This document shows positions 28,890-41,553 of a DNA stretch of 64,000 nucleotides, piece after piece. Within the stretch, counting starts at the first letter, position 1, and each line of letters begins with the position of its first letter. The position numbers and the translations under genes were made by a program. Source of the stretch: an uncultured Pseudomonadales bacterium (GTDB lineage: Bacteria; Patescibacteriota; Microgenomatia; UBA1400; PJMF01); the NCBI GenBank assembly GCA_964457085.1, contig CAYWDM010000003.1, positions 128,514 through 192,513 on the forward strand, read 5' to 3'. The notes under the pieces were generated by a model. That model did not search any database and had not been told where the DNA came from. It saw only the letters and a list, made by a program, of their open reading frames with translations.

Positions 28890-28893
28890 AACC

Positions 28894-28922
28894 AAAAAAC
28901 CCGTCATTGCTGGCGGGTTTTT
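28894..28922. terminator. Bidirectional terminator downstream of gyrA
   Basis: AAAAAACCCGTCA-TTGC-TGGCGGGTTTTT. Confidence 0.85.
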
Positions 28923-28940
28923 CAATTACAAAACTAAAAA

Positions 28941-31796
28941 CTATTTTTTCTCTTCTCCGATTTCTTCTTTTTCGACTAAGGCTACAGCCACAACACAGTC
29001 GGTCTCTTTGAGTTTCATCAAAATCACGCCTTGTGTTGGTCGAGTTAGTAGTGGTACTGAGCTTCCTTTCAAAGGCAATTTGATGGTGGTGCCTTCTTTG
29101 GTGCTGATAACTACGTTTTCGTCGAGAGGTCCAATGAGCTTGGCAGCGGCAATTTTACCAGTGCGTGAGGTGACTTCTGCAACTTTAACGCCAAGACCAG
29201 ATCGTTTTTGTACTGGGTATTGGCTGAGCAAGGTTTTCTTGCCGAGACCGTTTTCAGTGACGATCAGCAACGGGGTCTTGTTGAGAATAGCTGGGTCTTC
29301 TGGGAACGCTTCTACGCCGATGACATAGTCGCTGGCTCGCAAAGTGATGCCACGGACACCTTTGGTGTCACGTTGAGAAGACTTGACCTCAACCTCGCTA
29401 AAGCGGATTGATTTACCTTCGTATGAAATCAACATAATGTTGTCTTCACCAGAGGTAATTTTGCCCCAGACCAACTCATCTTCCTTATTAAGTGAAATAG
29501 CGACGATGCCGTTTTGGCGAATATTGTCGTAAAGCTTGACTGCAGTTTTCTTAACTAATCCCTGGCGGGTGGCCAAGGTGATGTATTTGGTAGCATCGCC
29601 AATTTCGTCGAAAACGATGATTGATTGGGCTCGCTCCTCGGCTTTTAGGTTGAGCAAATTAACGATAGCAGTTCCCTTGGCTTGGCGACTGGCATCTGGC
29701 ATTTCGTGTGCCTTCATCCGGAAAACACGACCTTGGTTGGTAAAGATTAGTAAAGTGTCGTGAGTGGTACAGCTGACCAAGCACTTAAGCATGTCCTCGT
29801 GCTTCATCGAGAGACCCATGGCACCTTTGCCACCTCTGGATTGTGAGCGGAATGAGCCTGGGCTCATACGTTTTACATAGCCACTCTCAGTGAGTGTGAT
29901 CACAGTTGCTTCATCAGCAACCAGATCTTCTTCACTAAATTCATCAACCTTGCCTTTGACTAATTTAGTCTTGCGAGCATCGCCATACAAACCGATGAGT
30001 TCATTGGTTTCACTGACAACTACATCGAGAATTTCTTGTGGGTGACTCAAGAGTTTAATTAATTTACCGATTGTTTCTTGAATGGCTTTATATTCATCCT
30101 CAATCTTCTGACGCTCGAGAGCAGCTAGTCGTTTGAGTTGCATTTCAAGGATGGCAGTTGATTGAATGTCGCTGAGACCAAACTTAGCCATCAGTGCGTT
30201 ATGAGCTGTCTCAGTGTCTGGAGAGCGTCTAATGGTATCAATTACGTCATCTAGATTTTTAAGTGCAATGAGTAATCCCTCTAGGATATGAGCCCGATCT
30301 CTGGACTCAGAGAGCTCATATTGACTTCTTTTCACAATCACTAGCTGGCGATGGACAATATATTCCTTGAGCACTTGGCGGATGTTCATCAGCTGAGGAG
30401 TACCCTCACTGTTGAGTGCCACCATGTTTAAGGAAAAAGTAGTCTGGAGATCAGTGTACTTGAATAATTTATTGAGAATGACTTTTGGCTTGGCATCGCG
30501 CTTCAACTCGATGGTCATCTGCATACCTTTACGGTCAGAGTCATCTCTAAGACTGCGAATACCAACGATTTTTTTATCGCGTACTAGATCAGCAATCTTC
30601 ATTAATAATTTGGCTTTGTTGACTTGATATGGGAGTTCAGTAATTACAATCTTGAAGCTGCCCTTTTCACCTTCTTCAATCGAGGCTTTACCACGAATTA
30701 AGATTCGACCCTTACCAGTTTGGTAGGCCTGCTTGATGGTGGCAAAATCGTAGATAATGGCTGCAGTTGGGAAATCTGGACCTTTAACATATTCCATGAT
30801 TTCTTCGACAGTGGTCTCGGAATTGAATTCTCCGGCCAGCATTTTTGGATCTGCATGCAAGAGTGTTTCGACTTCAGTACTGGTTGAAAGTGCGATTTCT
30901 GAGGGTGCAGAGGCAGTTGTGGCTTTGGCTGCCAGTGAATCGACAGCTTTTTTGTTAGCAGTGGCTGACTCTCCCTCGGTTTGAATCGAGGTGGCGGTGC
31001 CAGCTTTGATCATGGCGATGACCGCATTACTCACCTCAGTGAGATTATGTGGTGGAATTTTGGTAGCCATACCAACGGCAATGCCTTCAGAACCCATGAG
31101 TAACAGATTTGGCAATCTGGTGGGAAGCACTAATGGTTCTTTGATGGAGCCATCGAAGTTATCCCCCATCGGTACAGTGTTTTTATTGAGATCGGCAAGT
31201 AATTCTTGGGAAATCTTAGCTAACCGAGCCTCGGTGTAACGCATAGCAGCTGGGCTATCGCCATCGATAGAACCAAAGTTTCCTTGGCCATCAATCAGTG
31301 GATATCGCATGCTAAATGACTGTGCAAGTCTAACTAATGCCATGTAGACAGAGGAATCACCATGGGGGTGATAGCGACCGAGCACATCACCGACAATACG
31401 GGCTGATTTTTTATATGAACCACTGTGGTGAATGCCACTTTTAAACATTGAGAACAAGATGCGACGATGCACTGGCTTGAGTCCATCACGAACATCTGGT
31501 AGTGCACGAGCTACGATGACGCTCATGGCGTAGTCAAGATAACTCTTCTCCATTTCATCTACGATCGACATGTGTTTAAACTTGCCAAACCTGGTCTCTT
31601 CAATGGTGCCGATCAATGAGGCTGCTGCCTCGGCAGCTAGTTCTTGTTCGGAAACGGATTGATTTTCAGGAGTAAGCTCCACGACAGCAGCTTCAGCTGC
31701 TAGTTCATCAGCGGTGAGATCTGCTGACTCAACCTCATCGATTTCCTCGACTTCGGCTACTTCGTTTTCGTTATCTGGACGATCTTGATCTGTCAT
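28941..31796 (-). CDS. gyrA: DNA gyrase subunit A
   Basis: [29 protein letters not shown], GyrA-box QSRGGKG. Confidence 0.97.
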   Translation of the reverse strand: MTDQDRPDNENEVAEVEEIDEVESADLTADELAAEAAVVELTPENQSVSEQELAAEAAASLIGTIEETRFGKFKHMSIVDEMEKSYLDYAMSVIVARALPDVRDGLKPVHRRILFSMFKSGIHHSGSYKKSARIVGDVLGRYHPHGDSSVYMALVRLAQSFSMRYPLIDGQGNFGSIDGDSPAAMRYTEARLAKISQELLADLNKNTVPMGDNFDGSIKEPLVLPTRLPNLLLMGSEGIAVGMATKIPPHNLTEVSNAVIAMIKAGTATSIQTEGESATANKKAVDSLAAKATTASAPSEIALSTSTEVETLLHADPKMLAGEFNSETTVEEIMEYVKGPDFPTAAIIYDFATIKQAYQTGKGRILIRGKASIEEGEKGSFKIVITELPYQVNKAKLLMKIADLVRDKKIVGIRSLRDDSDRKGMQMTIELKRDAKPKVILNKLFKYTDLQTTFSLNMVALNSEGTPQLMNIRQVLKEYIVHRQLVIVKRSQYELSESRDRAHILEGLLIALKNLDDVIDTIRRSPDTETAHNALMAKFGLSDIQSTAILEMQLKRLAALERQKIEDEYKAIQETIGKLIKLLSHPQEILDVVVSETNELIGLYGDARKTKLVKGKVDEFSEEDLVADEATVITLTESGYVKRMSPGSFRSQSRGGKGAMGLSMKHEDMLKCLVSCTTHDTLLIFTNQGRVFRMKAHEMPDASRQAKGTAIVNLLNLKAEERAQSIIVFDEIGDATKYITLATRQGLVKKTAVKLYDNIRQNGIVAISLNKEDELVWGKITSGEDNIMLISYEGKSIRFSEVEVKSSQRDTKGVRGITLRASDYVIGVEAFPEDPAILNKTPLLIVTENGLGKKTLLSQYPVQKRSGLGVKVAEVTSRTGKIAAAKLIGPLDENVVISTKEGTTIKLPLKGSSVPLLTRPTQGVILMKLKETDCVVAVALVEKEEIGEEKK

Positions 31797-31859
31797 ACGT
31801 GCAATTCATGTACCAGGCATTCGACTAATAGTGCCGAATGCCTGGCTATTTTTTATTTC

Positions 31860-32363
31860 TTAGTCTGTCATTTCCTCAAAACGCTTAATACTTGCCTCGA
31901 GTACTTTGGTGGCTTCAGTTGCATCTCTCCAATCTTTGAGTTTCACAAATTTGCCTTGTTCAAGGTCTTTGTAATGCTCGAAGAAATGTCGAATCTGGCG
32001 TTTTTTAGCCTCTGGAATATCAGAGAGGCTACTCCATTCACCGCAGAATGGATCGATTTTTGCCTTGGCTGGAACGCAGAGAATTTTATGATCTACACCC
32101 TCTTCATCTTCCATCTCGAGCATACCGATGATTTTGCATTTAATTACTACTCCTGGAATCATTGGTTCAGAGGTGAACACCAATGCATCAAGTGCATCGC
32201 CGTCTTCACCATGTGTGCCTTCAATCAAACCGTAGTTGATTGGATATGCCATGACGGTAGGCATAAAGCGATCAACAGTAAGCTCTCCTGTTTCTTCGTC
32301 GAGCTCGTATTTAACTCGTGAACCTTCTGGAATCTCTATAAAAACCTTTAAATCGTCTGACAT
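31860..32363 (-). CDS. ppa: Family I inorganic pyrophosphatase
   Basis: EIP.GSRVKYE, YPINYG, DGDALD, MEDE.G.D.K, HYKDLE. Confidence 0.96.
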   Translation of the reverse strand: MSDDLKVFIEIPEGSRVKYELDEETGELTVDRFMPTVMAYPINYGLIEGTHGEDGDALDALVFTSEPMIPGVVIKCKIIGMLEMEDEEGVDHKILCVPAKAKIDPFCGEWSSLSDIPEAKKRQIRHFFEHYKDLEQGKFVKLKDWRDATEATKVLEASIKRFEEMTD

Positions 32364-32469
32364 TTGTATCCTTTCTTTATATTTACAGATATTTAGATTA
32401 TCTTTTGATTATTTTGATCTATTTTTATACTATTGTTCATCTTTAGATTATCTTTGATGAAGATAATCT

Positions 32470-34491
<2,022 letters not shown>

Positions 34492-34667
34492 TTATTTCGA
34501 TTGATATGTTATTGGTTGATTTGCTAGTCTTTTGTGGCTCAGAGCGTGTTGAGTTGAGTCTTTTACGTCTTTTTTAGACTAAAAGCAGCTCGGACATCAA
34601 AAAACACAATCCAAGACCTCTTTTGTACCACGAAGCAATCAAAAATGAAAGGCTGGAATAGTCAGAA

Positions 34668-35399
34668 TCATGTCTGGTGCGTCAACTGATTATGAAAGCT
34701 AAAAAGCCAATGTTCTAAGGCAAGTGCGAGATTGGCATTTTGCGAAAGATTTTGCCAGCATTTTAGAGTGCATTTAAGTAATTGTGCTTGGATTGAAGTG
34801 GGAGTCTTCTCCTGACTCAGTTTTTTTAGGCAGTGATGTACTAGATTAATTGCCTCAGTACGATCTTTGTATTTGGCTGCCAGTGAGACCAATTCGCCAA
34901 ATGAAGTGGCAGGGTTTGAAATGGTAGCTAAAAATGTGTCTACATCGGAATCAACTTGACTTGGCTGTTTTAGGGCAGTTGATTGAAAAAAATGTTGCTG
35001 ACAACGTGAGTGAATTGTGCCAAGCAAAGTAGTACTGTTGGTAACTGCCAAGACGATACTGACATTTTTGGGAGGTTCTTCAAGAGTTTTGAGCAATACG
35101 TTCTGTGCGTTTTCACCAATATGGTCAGCAGCTAATAGCACCCAGATGGTGGGTTGTGTCATGCCCCCATAACCTCCAAGCGAGACGATCTCTCGAGCGT
35201 CATCTACAGTTAGGCCACTGAGTGATTCTCCAAACCATGAAATAGCGGGTGAAGTAATCTGCGAATCCGAGCTGTTTTGAATCTGAGTGGCTAGTGTGGC
35301 GGTGATATAGCTTAAAACTTCCGATCTCCACTCATGTATGTCGGGTGTGGCTGATTGAAAGGCAATGTTGAGGATGATTGGAATGTGATGCATAAACAC
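34668..35399 (-). CDS. holB: DNA polymerase III delta'-like protein
   Basis: AQNVLLKTLEEPP, LLGTIHSRC. Confidence 0.75.
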   Translation of the reverse strand: MFMHHIPIILNIAFQSATPDIHEWRSEVLSYITATLATQIQNSSDSQITSPAISWFGESLSGLTVDDAREIVSLGGYGGMTQPTIWVLLAADHIGENAQNVLLKTLEEPPKNVSIVLAVTNSTTLLGTIHSRCQQHFFQSTALKQPSQVDSDVDTFLATISNPATSFGELVSLAAKYKDRTEAINLVHHCLKKLSQEKTPTSIQAQLLKCTLKCWQNLSQNANLALALEHWLFSFHNQLTHQT

Positions 35400-35541
35400 T
35401 GATTTATTTCAGTAGTAGACAGTTTGATTGCGTCTGTACACAAACCCGTCGCTCTGCTGCTTTTATTGCGATGGCCGCTATGGCATTATAAACATATGAG
35501 CGAGAGAAGGACCCTCTGATTTTGGGTGTTCTTCTGATGGT

Positions 35542-38500
35542 ATGAGCGAGCCTGTCCAAAACAACCAGTCTGCCCCAGCTGGCACTGATCCTGCTGTTGC
35601 TGCATCTGATGCAGTAGCTATGGCAGATGCAGCAGTGTCGGAAGCTGATTTATCCGCGGCTCTTGCTGAGGTCGATAAAATGGATGCCACTACTTCAGAT
35701 GGAAGTGATGTGGTGAATTCGCTGTCGGTTGATTCTGCTATTGAAGCAACCATCCCCTCTGACTCAGGTGAAATTGAAGCTGTGGCCAATAGTGCTGCAG
35801 AGCAGTTATCCAATGAATCCGTGCCCAACCAAGATCAACTCGATGCAATCGCCAATCAGGTAGAACAAACAGTCTTTGGAGAGGCAGAGTCGACATCTTC
35901 GAATCAAACTGTTAATAGTGAAATTACGCCAACTATTTCAGGTGTTGTTGTTGCCCAACCAACTATCTCGCCAGCTCCAGTTTCACCAGCGATGGTGCCA
36001 CGTCAAGTAACTCCTGCCCCCGTAGCAGTTGCATTTCAAGCGACTCCTGTTGCCGCTATTGCACCAACAGTGCCACCTCAGATTCAAAATTTGTCCAACC
36101 AAGCACCTCAAATGCCACCAGGTTATCCGCAGCAAGGTGGCTTTGCACCCACATCCAATCAAAATACCAGCTTTAGTTCCCAGATGGCTCCATCTCTCGC
36201 TCAACCTCAGATGGGATATCAGAACAATGCTGGTATGGGGATGCAGCAGCCTAACACTGGACAAATGAATGGTGGATATGGTGCAGCACCAGGACAGCAA
36301 GGTGGTGGCCAAAGCTTTGCACAGCAAATGCCAATGTACCAAAATGGCCAATATCAAAATCAGAATGGTCAATTTGGTGCTCAATCACCAAATCAAGGAC
36401 AGTTTTTGCCTCAAATGCAAAATTTGCCCAACCAAGCATCTCAAATGCCACCAGGATATCCGCTGCAAGGTGGCTTTGCACCCACATCCAATCAAATGTC
36501 TGGCCAGCCCAACCAAACTGGTGGCCAAAGCTTCACACAGCAAATGCCACCAGGTTATCCACAACAGAGTTTTGTTGGCAGTGCTCCCCCACCATCACCC
36601 CAGATGCAAAGCCAGCCAGTTGCTCCACAAGCATTAGTTCCGGGGACCATTATTTCTGGTCCAGGAGCGTCAATTGCGTCCGCAGTGCCGAATGTTAATA
36701 CGGCTAGTCCAACACCACCTGCACCAGCTCCAGCTACTCCAGCTCCAGCCGAGAATCCAGCTGTTACTCCGCCAGCAACTCCTGCTCCCATTATTTCGAG
36801 CGGTGGATTTAAGACATATAGCAGTTTAGTAGATGTCTTGGCTGAGATGCAGTTGTTGACACCCGAGCAACTCAATCAACTGAAGCAAGAATTATTGACG
36901 ACCGGCCGAAGTTATGATGATTTGTTGATTGAGAAAAAGTGGTTGTCCGAAGAAAGTCTCACCAAAGCCAAAGCAAAACTCAACAATTTACCGTTTATTA
37001 CAATTGGAGAGACAGGTATCTCACCAGAAGCATTAAGCAAGCTTGACGAGAGCGTGGCACATCGCTATGGCATCTTGCCATTTGCAATCGACAAAGTGGA
37101 ACGTAAGTTGTCTGTGGCCATGAAGAATCCACTGGATATCCAGGCTGTTGGATTTGTAGAGCAGAAAACAGGGTTTAAGTTAGCCATTTACTACGCCAGT
37201 CCGACTGAAATCGAGCGCATCATTGTAGAGCGATACGCTCAGAATTTATCTTCAGAGGTAAATGAGGCACTCAAAGATACGGATCAGTCAAAGGCTAGGC
37301 ACAAAGAGCAAACCGAACAACTCAACAACTTTGGTGGAGTCATTCGCGACGCACCAATTAATCGAATTGTAGAAACTATTTTAGAATTTGCCGTTAAATC
37401 TCGTGCCTCTGATATTCACATTGAGCCACTGCCAAATAAAGTGCGGGTTCGGTACCGCATTGACGGTATCTTGGTAGAAAAATTAATTCTACCTAGAAGT
37501 GTGATTGATGCGGTAGTGTCTCGTATTAAGATTTTGGGCAACATGAAGATTGACGAACGACGGATTCCTCAGGATGGTCGTTTTAGTTACAACAATGATG
37601 AAAAGAATGTAGATCTGCGTGTATCTACAATTCCTACAGTTCATGGTGAGAAGATCAACTTGCGGTTACTCGAGAAGAATCTCAATGTTCCCACAATGGA
37701 ACAATTAGGCTTGGAAGGTTTGTCTTTGGCAAACGTTAAAGAAGCCATTAAGGTGCCGCACGGTATCATCCTAATTTCAGGTCCAACTGGATCAGGTAAG
37801 ACCACTACTTTGTATTCCTTGATTCATATACTGAATACGCCAAAAGTGAACATCGTGACCTTGGAAGATCCTGTTGAGTACCAGATGCTTGGCGTTAACC
37901 AAGTTCAGATTAATCCAAAAGCAGGTTTGACCTTTTCAACGGGGCTGCGTGCGTTCTTGCGGCAAGATCCAAATATTATCATGGTTGGAGAAATGCGTGA
38001 CCGCGAAACTACTGAGTTGGCAATCCAAGCGTCACTTACTGGTCACTTAGTGTTTTCCACTATTCATACTTCTTCAGCTGCTACTGCTCTACCCCGTATG
38101 ATAGATATGGGTGCTGAGAATTTCTTAATTGCATCATCAGTTACTCTAATCATGGCACAGCGTGTGGTGCGTAAAATTAACCCTGCCTATTTAGAGGAAT
38201 ATGTTCCTGAGCCAGCTGTGGTAGCGGACATTTCAAAGGTTTTGGGAGTACATTTTGATAACTGGCTAATGCAACATGGAAAAACACCTCAAACAGTTAC
38301 TTTGTTCAGACCAAGTGCAAATCGCCCGGAAAATGAACCAGAGTATCTTGGTCGTATGGCTATTTATGAGGTGTTACGGATGACTGAAGTAATTGGTCGA
38401 ATGGTGCTGCAAAATCGACCTGCAAGCGAGATTGAACAGGAAGCATTGCGAAATGGTATGTTGCTCATGAAGCAGGATGGATATCTTAAGGCACTTAATG

Positions 38501-38544
38501 GACTTACAACTATCGAAGAAATATTACGTGTGGCAGATGTTTAA
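35542..38544 (+). CDS. pilB: Type IV pilus assembly ATPase PilB/GspE with ~420 aa low-complexity N-terminus
   Basis: ASDIHIEP, RYRIDG, PQDGRF, GPTGSGKTTT, EDPVE, LRQDPNIIMVGE, TGHLVFST. Confidence 0.93.
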   Translation: MSEPVQNNQSAPAGTDPAVAASDAVAMADAAVSEADLSAALAEVDKMDATTSDGSDVVNSLSVDSAIEATIPSDSGEIEAVANSAAEQLSNESVPNQDQLDAIANQVEQTVFGEAESTSSNQTVNSEITPTISGVVVAQPTISPAPVSPAMVPRQVTPAPVAVAFQATPVAAIAPTVPPQIQNLSNQAPQMPPGYPQQGGFAPTSNQNTSFSSQMAPSLAQPQMGYQNNAGMGMQQPNTGQMNGGYGAAPGQQGGGQSFAQQMPMYQNGQYQNQNGQFGAQSPNQGQFLPQMQNLPNQASQMPPGYPLQGGFAPTSNQMSGQPNQTGGQSFTQQMPPGYPQQSFVGSAPPPSPQMQSQPVAPQALVPGTIISGPGASIASAVPNVNTASPTPPAPAPATPAPAENPAVTPPATPAPIISSGGFKTYSSLVDVLAEMQLLTPEQLNQLKQELLTTGRSYDDLLIEKKWLSEESLTKAKAKLNNLPFITIGETGISPEALSKLDESVAHRYGILPFAIDKVERKLSVAMKNPLDIQAVGFVEQKTGFKLAIYYASPTEIERIIVERYAQNLSSEVNEALKDTDQSKARHKEQTEQLNNFGGVIRDAPINRIVETILEFAVKSRASDIHIEPLPNKVRVRYRIDGILVEKLILPRSVIDAVVSRIKILGNMKIDERRIPQDGRFSYNNDEKNVDLRVSTIPTVHGEKINLRLLEKNLNVPTMEQLGLEGLSLANVKEAIKVPHGIILISGPTGSGKTTTLYSLIHILNTPKVNIVTLEDPVEYQMLGVNQVQINPKAGLTFSTGLRAFLRQDPNIIMVGEMRDRETTELAIQASLTGHLVFSTIHTSSAATALPRMIDMGAENFLIASSVTLIMAQRVVRKINPAYLEEYVPEPAVVADISKVLGVHFDNWLMQHGKTPQTVTLFRPSANRPENEPEYLGRMAIYEVLRMTEVIGRMVLQNRPASEIEQEALRNGMLLMKQDGYLKALNGLTTIEEILRVADV
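36076..36496 (+). repeat. ~88-bp in-frame internal duplication in the pilB N-terminus
   Basis: 36076-36163 and 36409-36496 are near-identical (QNL.NQA.QMPPGYP.QGGFAPTSNQ). Confidence 0.85.
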
Positions 38545-38555
38545 ATGAGGAACAT

Positions 38556-39617
38556 ATGACAATTTTTGATGTACTTGAACTACTGATTAGCCAAAAGGGC
38601 TCAGACGTGCATTTGGCAGTTGGTCATGCTCCAGTACTGCGTGTTGATGGTGAGTTGCGAAGTCTTGAAGGTGCTCCAGCACTAACTGCCGAGGCAGTGG
38701 AAATGTTGGTTAAACCGCTGATGTCTCAAGAGCAGCAGACTCTATTTAAAAAGAATCGTGAGATTGATTTTGGATATCAATATGGTGAGGCTGGCCGCTT
38801 TCGTATCAATGTGTATCATTCACTAAATAACATGGCCGCAGCACTGCGGTTGATTCCTCCAAAAATCCTTACCATTTCTGATCTGGGATTACCAGATGTT
38901 TTCAATCAGTTCACACAGTTCAATCAAGGTTTGATTTTGCTCACAGGTCCAACTGGTGAAGGTAAGTCTACTACTCTAGCAGCACTTATCAATGAAATAA
39001 ATCGAATTCGAGCAGATCATATTTTAACGATCGAAGATCCTGTCGAGTTTGTGCATAAGCCAATTAAGTCTTTTATTTCACAGCGAGAATTGAATCAAGA
39101 TACAAACGACTGGACTGTGGCACTAAAGTCTGCACTTCGTGAAGATCCTAATGTTGTTCTGGTTGGAGAAATGCGCGATTACGAGACGATAGCGGCAACA
39201 TTGACTGTGGCGGAGACTGGGCATTTGGTGATGGCTACACTTCACACAAGTACAGCAGCACAAACAATTGATCGTATCATTGATGTTTTTCCTGGTACCC
39301 AACAAGGCCAGATACGTCAGCAATTAGCAGCCACAATTAAAGTAGTGGTATCTCAGCGTTTAGTACCAAAAATTGGGGGTGGCCGAGTTGCAGCTTTTGA
39401 AATCATGATTGTGAACGATGCAATTCGCAATTTAATCCGTGAACAGAAAACATTTCAAATCGATAACGTGATTCAAACAGCTGCAGAATCTGGAATGTTT
39501 TTGATTGAAACATACTTGCTGGATTTAGTTGGTCGAGGGGTGATCACCAGAGAAACAGCTATAGCTAGTGCTTTTCGACCTAGGGAACTTCAGCGTATGA
39601 TGGGTATTGGAAAATAG
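38556..39617 (+). CDS. pilT: Type IV pilus retraction ATPase
   Basis: GPTGEGKSTT, EDPVE, ALREDP, AETGHL, AIRNLIRE motif. Confidence 0.96.
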   Translation: MTIFDVLELLISQKGSDVHLAVGHAPVLRVDGELRSLEGAPALTAEAVEMLVKPLMSQEQQTLFKKNREIDFGYQYGEAGRFRINVYHSLNNMAAALRLIPPKILTISDLGLPDVFNQFTQFNQGLILLTGPTGEGKSTTLAALINEINRIRADHILTIEDPVEFVHKPIKSFISQRELNQDTNDWTVALKSALREDPNVVLVGEMRDYETIAATLTVAETGHLVMATLHTSTAAQTIDRIIDVFPGTQQGQIRQQLAATIKVVVSQRLVPKIGGGRVAAFEIMIVNDAIRNLIREQKTFQIDNVIQTAAESGMFLIETYLLDLVGRGVITRETAIASAFRPRELQRMMGIGK

Positions 39618-39626
39618 GATTTTAAT

Positions 39627-40832
39627 ATGCCGATTTTTGAGTACGTTGCTCGCAATTCTCATCAAGAAAAAGTCACCGGTAAAGTTGAGTCAAAAGGTGT
39701 AGCTCAAGCCGTGACCATGCTCACCTCTCGTGGTTTATTTGTAATTCGAGTTAAGCCATACAACGAGGGATCAATTGAGTTTATTAACAAAATGCTCAAT
39801 CGAATTGGATTCGTGGAGATCGTGACCTTTACTCGTCAGATGGCTACCATGATTACTGCGGGGTTATCACTTTCCAAAGCATTGTCGATTCTTGAACAAC
39901 AAACAAATCCTGAAATGGGCAAAATGGTGAGTACATTGCTTAAAGATGTAGAGACAGGAAGTACTTTTTCCAGTTCATTAGTTAAATATCCCAAAGAATT
40001 CAGTCGTGTATATATTCAGCTAGTAAAAGCTGGTGAGTTAGGTGGTGTTTTGGATAAAGTACTAGAGCGGTTGGCCATTAACCTAGAAAAAGAAAAAGAG
40101 TTTCAATCAAAGACAAAAGGTGCCTTAATTTATCCTATTATCGTTATGTCGGCGATGGGTGTAGTGGCTACCATCATGATGATTTTTGTGGTGCCAAAAT
40201 TGACGAGTATGTACAAAGATTTTGGTGCCAAAATGCCTACTCCTACTTTGGTATTGATGTCGATGTCTGATTTTATGGTCAATAATTGGTGGGTAGTGGC
40301 AATTATTGGTGTGATTGCGTATTTGTCGTTTCAAAAATGGCATAAGACACGCAACGGCCAGATTCAATTTGATAAATTTGTGTTTAAACTGCCTGTTTTC
40401 GGTGATTTGAAGAAAAAGATTGTAATTACTGACTTTGCACGCACATTAGCATTGTTGCTCAGCACAGGCGTTTCCTTGTTGGAGGCAATGGATATCGTGG
40501 CTGAAGCTGCAGATAGTTTGATTTACCGTGAAGCATTTCAGGATGCCTCAAAGATGGTGGAAAAAGGAGACAGTTTGTCTCAGGCCATTGCTAAATATGG
40601 TGATATTTTTCCGCCAATTCTCAACCAAATGATTGCTGTGGGTGAAGAAACCGGTAAGCTTGACGATGTTTTGCAAAAACTATCAGTATTTTTTGAAGCT
40701 GAAACAGAGCAAGCAGTTAAGAATATGACCACCGCAATGGAGCCAATGATCATGGTAGTTTTAGGTCTTGGTGTCGGTCTCTTGGTGGTGGCAGTGATTT
40801 TGCCGATCTATAGCTTGACTAGCTCGTTTTAA
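39627..40832 (+). CDS. pilC: Type IV pilus platform protein PilC/GspF
   Basis: Two T2SSF repeats, AGE.GG.L, ALIYP, VGEETGKL, EP. Confidence 0.95.
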   Translation: MPIFEYVARNSHQEKVTGKVESKGVAQAVTMLTSRGLFVIRVKPYNEGSIEFINKMLNRIGFVEIVTFTRQMATMITAGLSLSKALSILEQQTNPEMGKMVSTLLKDVETGSTFSSSLVKYPKEFSRVYIQLVKAGELGGVLDKVLERLAINLEKEKEFQSKTKGALIYPIIVMSAMGVVATIMMIFVVPKLTSMYKDFGAKMPTPTLVLMSMSDFMVNNWWVVAIIGVIAYLSFQKWHKTRNGQIQFDKFVFKLPVFGDLKKKIVITDFARTLALLLSTGVSLLEAMDIVAEAADSLIYREAFQDASKMVEKGDSLSQAIAKYGDIFPPILNQMIAVGEETGKLDDVLQKLSVFFEAETEQAVKNMTTAMEPMIMVVLGLGVGLLVVAVILPIYSLTSSF

Positions 40833-40884
40833 TTGATGTATTCTGAACTGTAAGTAGTAGCACTCATACGTGGAACGTATATAT

Positions 40885-41538
40885 ATGACAAAGCCTCGCC
40901 CGTCTTTCATCCAGAGTCTTGGTTTTACCATGATCGAGCTCTTGATTGTTATTAGTATCTTGGGTTTTCTAGCTGTTGCTGTGTTAGCGGCTATTAATCC
41001 AATTGAGCAAATTAATCGTGGTAAAGACACTGGAAGTCGCTCAGATGCTGAGCAGCTACTGTCATCAATTGACCGATATTACGCTTCGAATGGGTACTAT
41101 CCTTGGACGATTGGTCCAACCGATGTGCAAACTGGTACTAGTGCAGCTGGTAATGCAGCCGCAGGTTCTGGTGTACAAGTACTTTTTAACACAACTGTGA
41201 ATCCATTAGATGAAACAGGTTGCTCATGGGCAGCTAAACTCACCTCTGGAGATGCTTTAGTAGCAGGTTGTAATGGTGCAAATGAGTTGAAGGCTACCTT
41301 CACCACTCGTGTAATGCATCCAACAAACTACAACACATTACAGGTCTATAACCGAGGTAATCAGGGAGACAGTACCTATATCTGTTTCCAGCCTAAGTCA
41401 AAGCAGTTCTTAGATGACGCAAAGAATCGATGTGTGGATGCAGCAGGAAGCGGTTTCCCAGCTGATATTGCCATCGGTGCGGCACTGTGTGTCGATGCGG
41501 TGACAACTGGCACTGACGTCTGGAGCTGCTTACCATAA
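40885..41538 (+). CDS. Type IV pilin
   Basis: G|FTMIELLIVISILG class III signal. Confidence 0.9.
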   Translation: MTKPRPSFIQSLGFTMIELLIVISILGFLAVAVLAAINPIEQINRGKDTGSRSDAEQLLSSIDRYYASNGYYPWTIGPTDVQTGTSAAGNAAAGSGVQVLFNTTVNPLDETGCSWAAKLTSGDALVAGCNGANELKATFTTRVMHPTNYNTLQVYNRGNQGDSTYICFQPKSKQFLDDAKNRCVDAAGSGFPADIAIGAALCVDAVTTGTDVWSCLP

Positions 41539-41553
41539 AGGTAAGATACAGCC

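Larger units (their letters stand above)
27330..28890 (+). repeat. Tandem array of three promoter-structured leader-small ORF-hairpin cassettes
   Basis: Units begin 27330, 27873, 28406; shared TTGAC..TGATATATTAT, ACGTTAA, AAGTGGT..ACCAC hairpin, GGGCT 3' hairpin and T-tract. Confidence 0.85.

Noticed and set aside
24568-28890. Integron or tRNA-targeted integrative element (recombinase + tRNA-Ala + cassettes)
   Set aside because: The recombinase looks like housekeeping Xer. I found no duplicated tRNA 3' end and no RYYYAAC..GTTRRRY attC pattern, and the cassettes carry their own promoters.
27330-28890. CRISPR array or retron
   Set aside because: The repeat period is ~540 bp with ORFs inside, and there is no cas or reverse transcriptase gene in the window.
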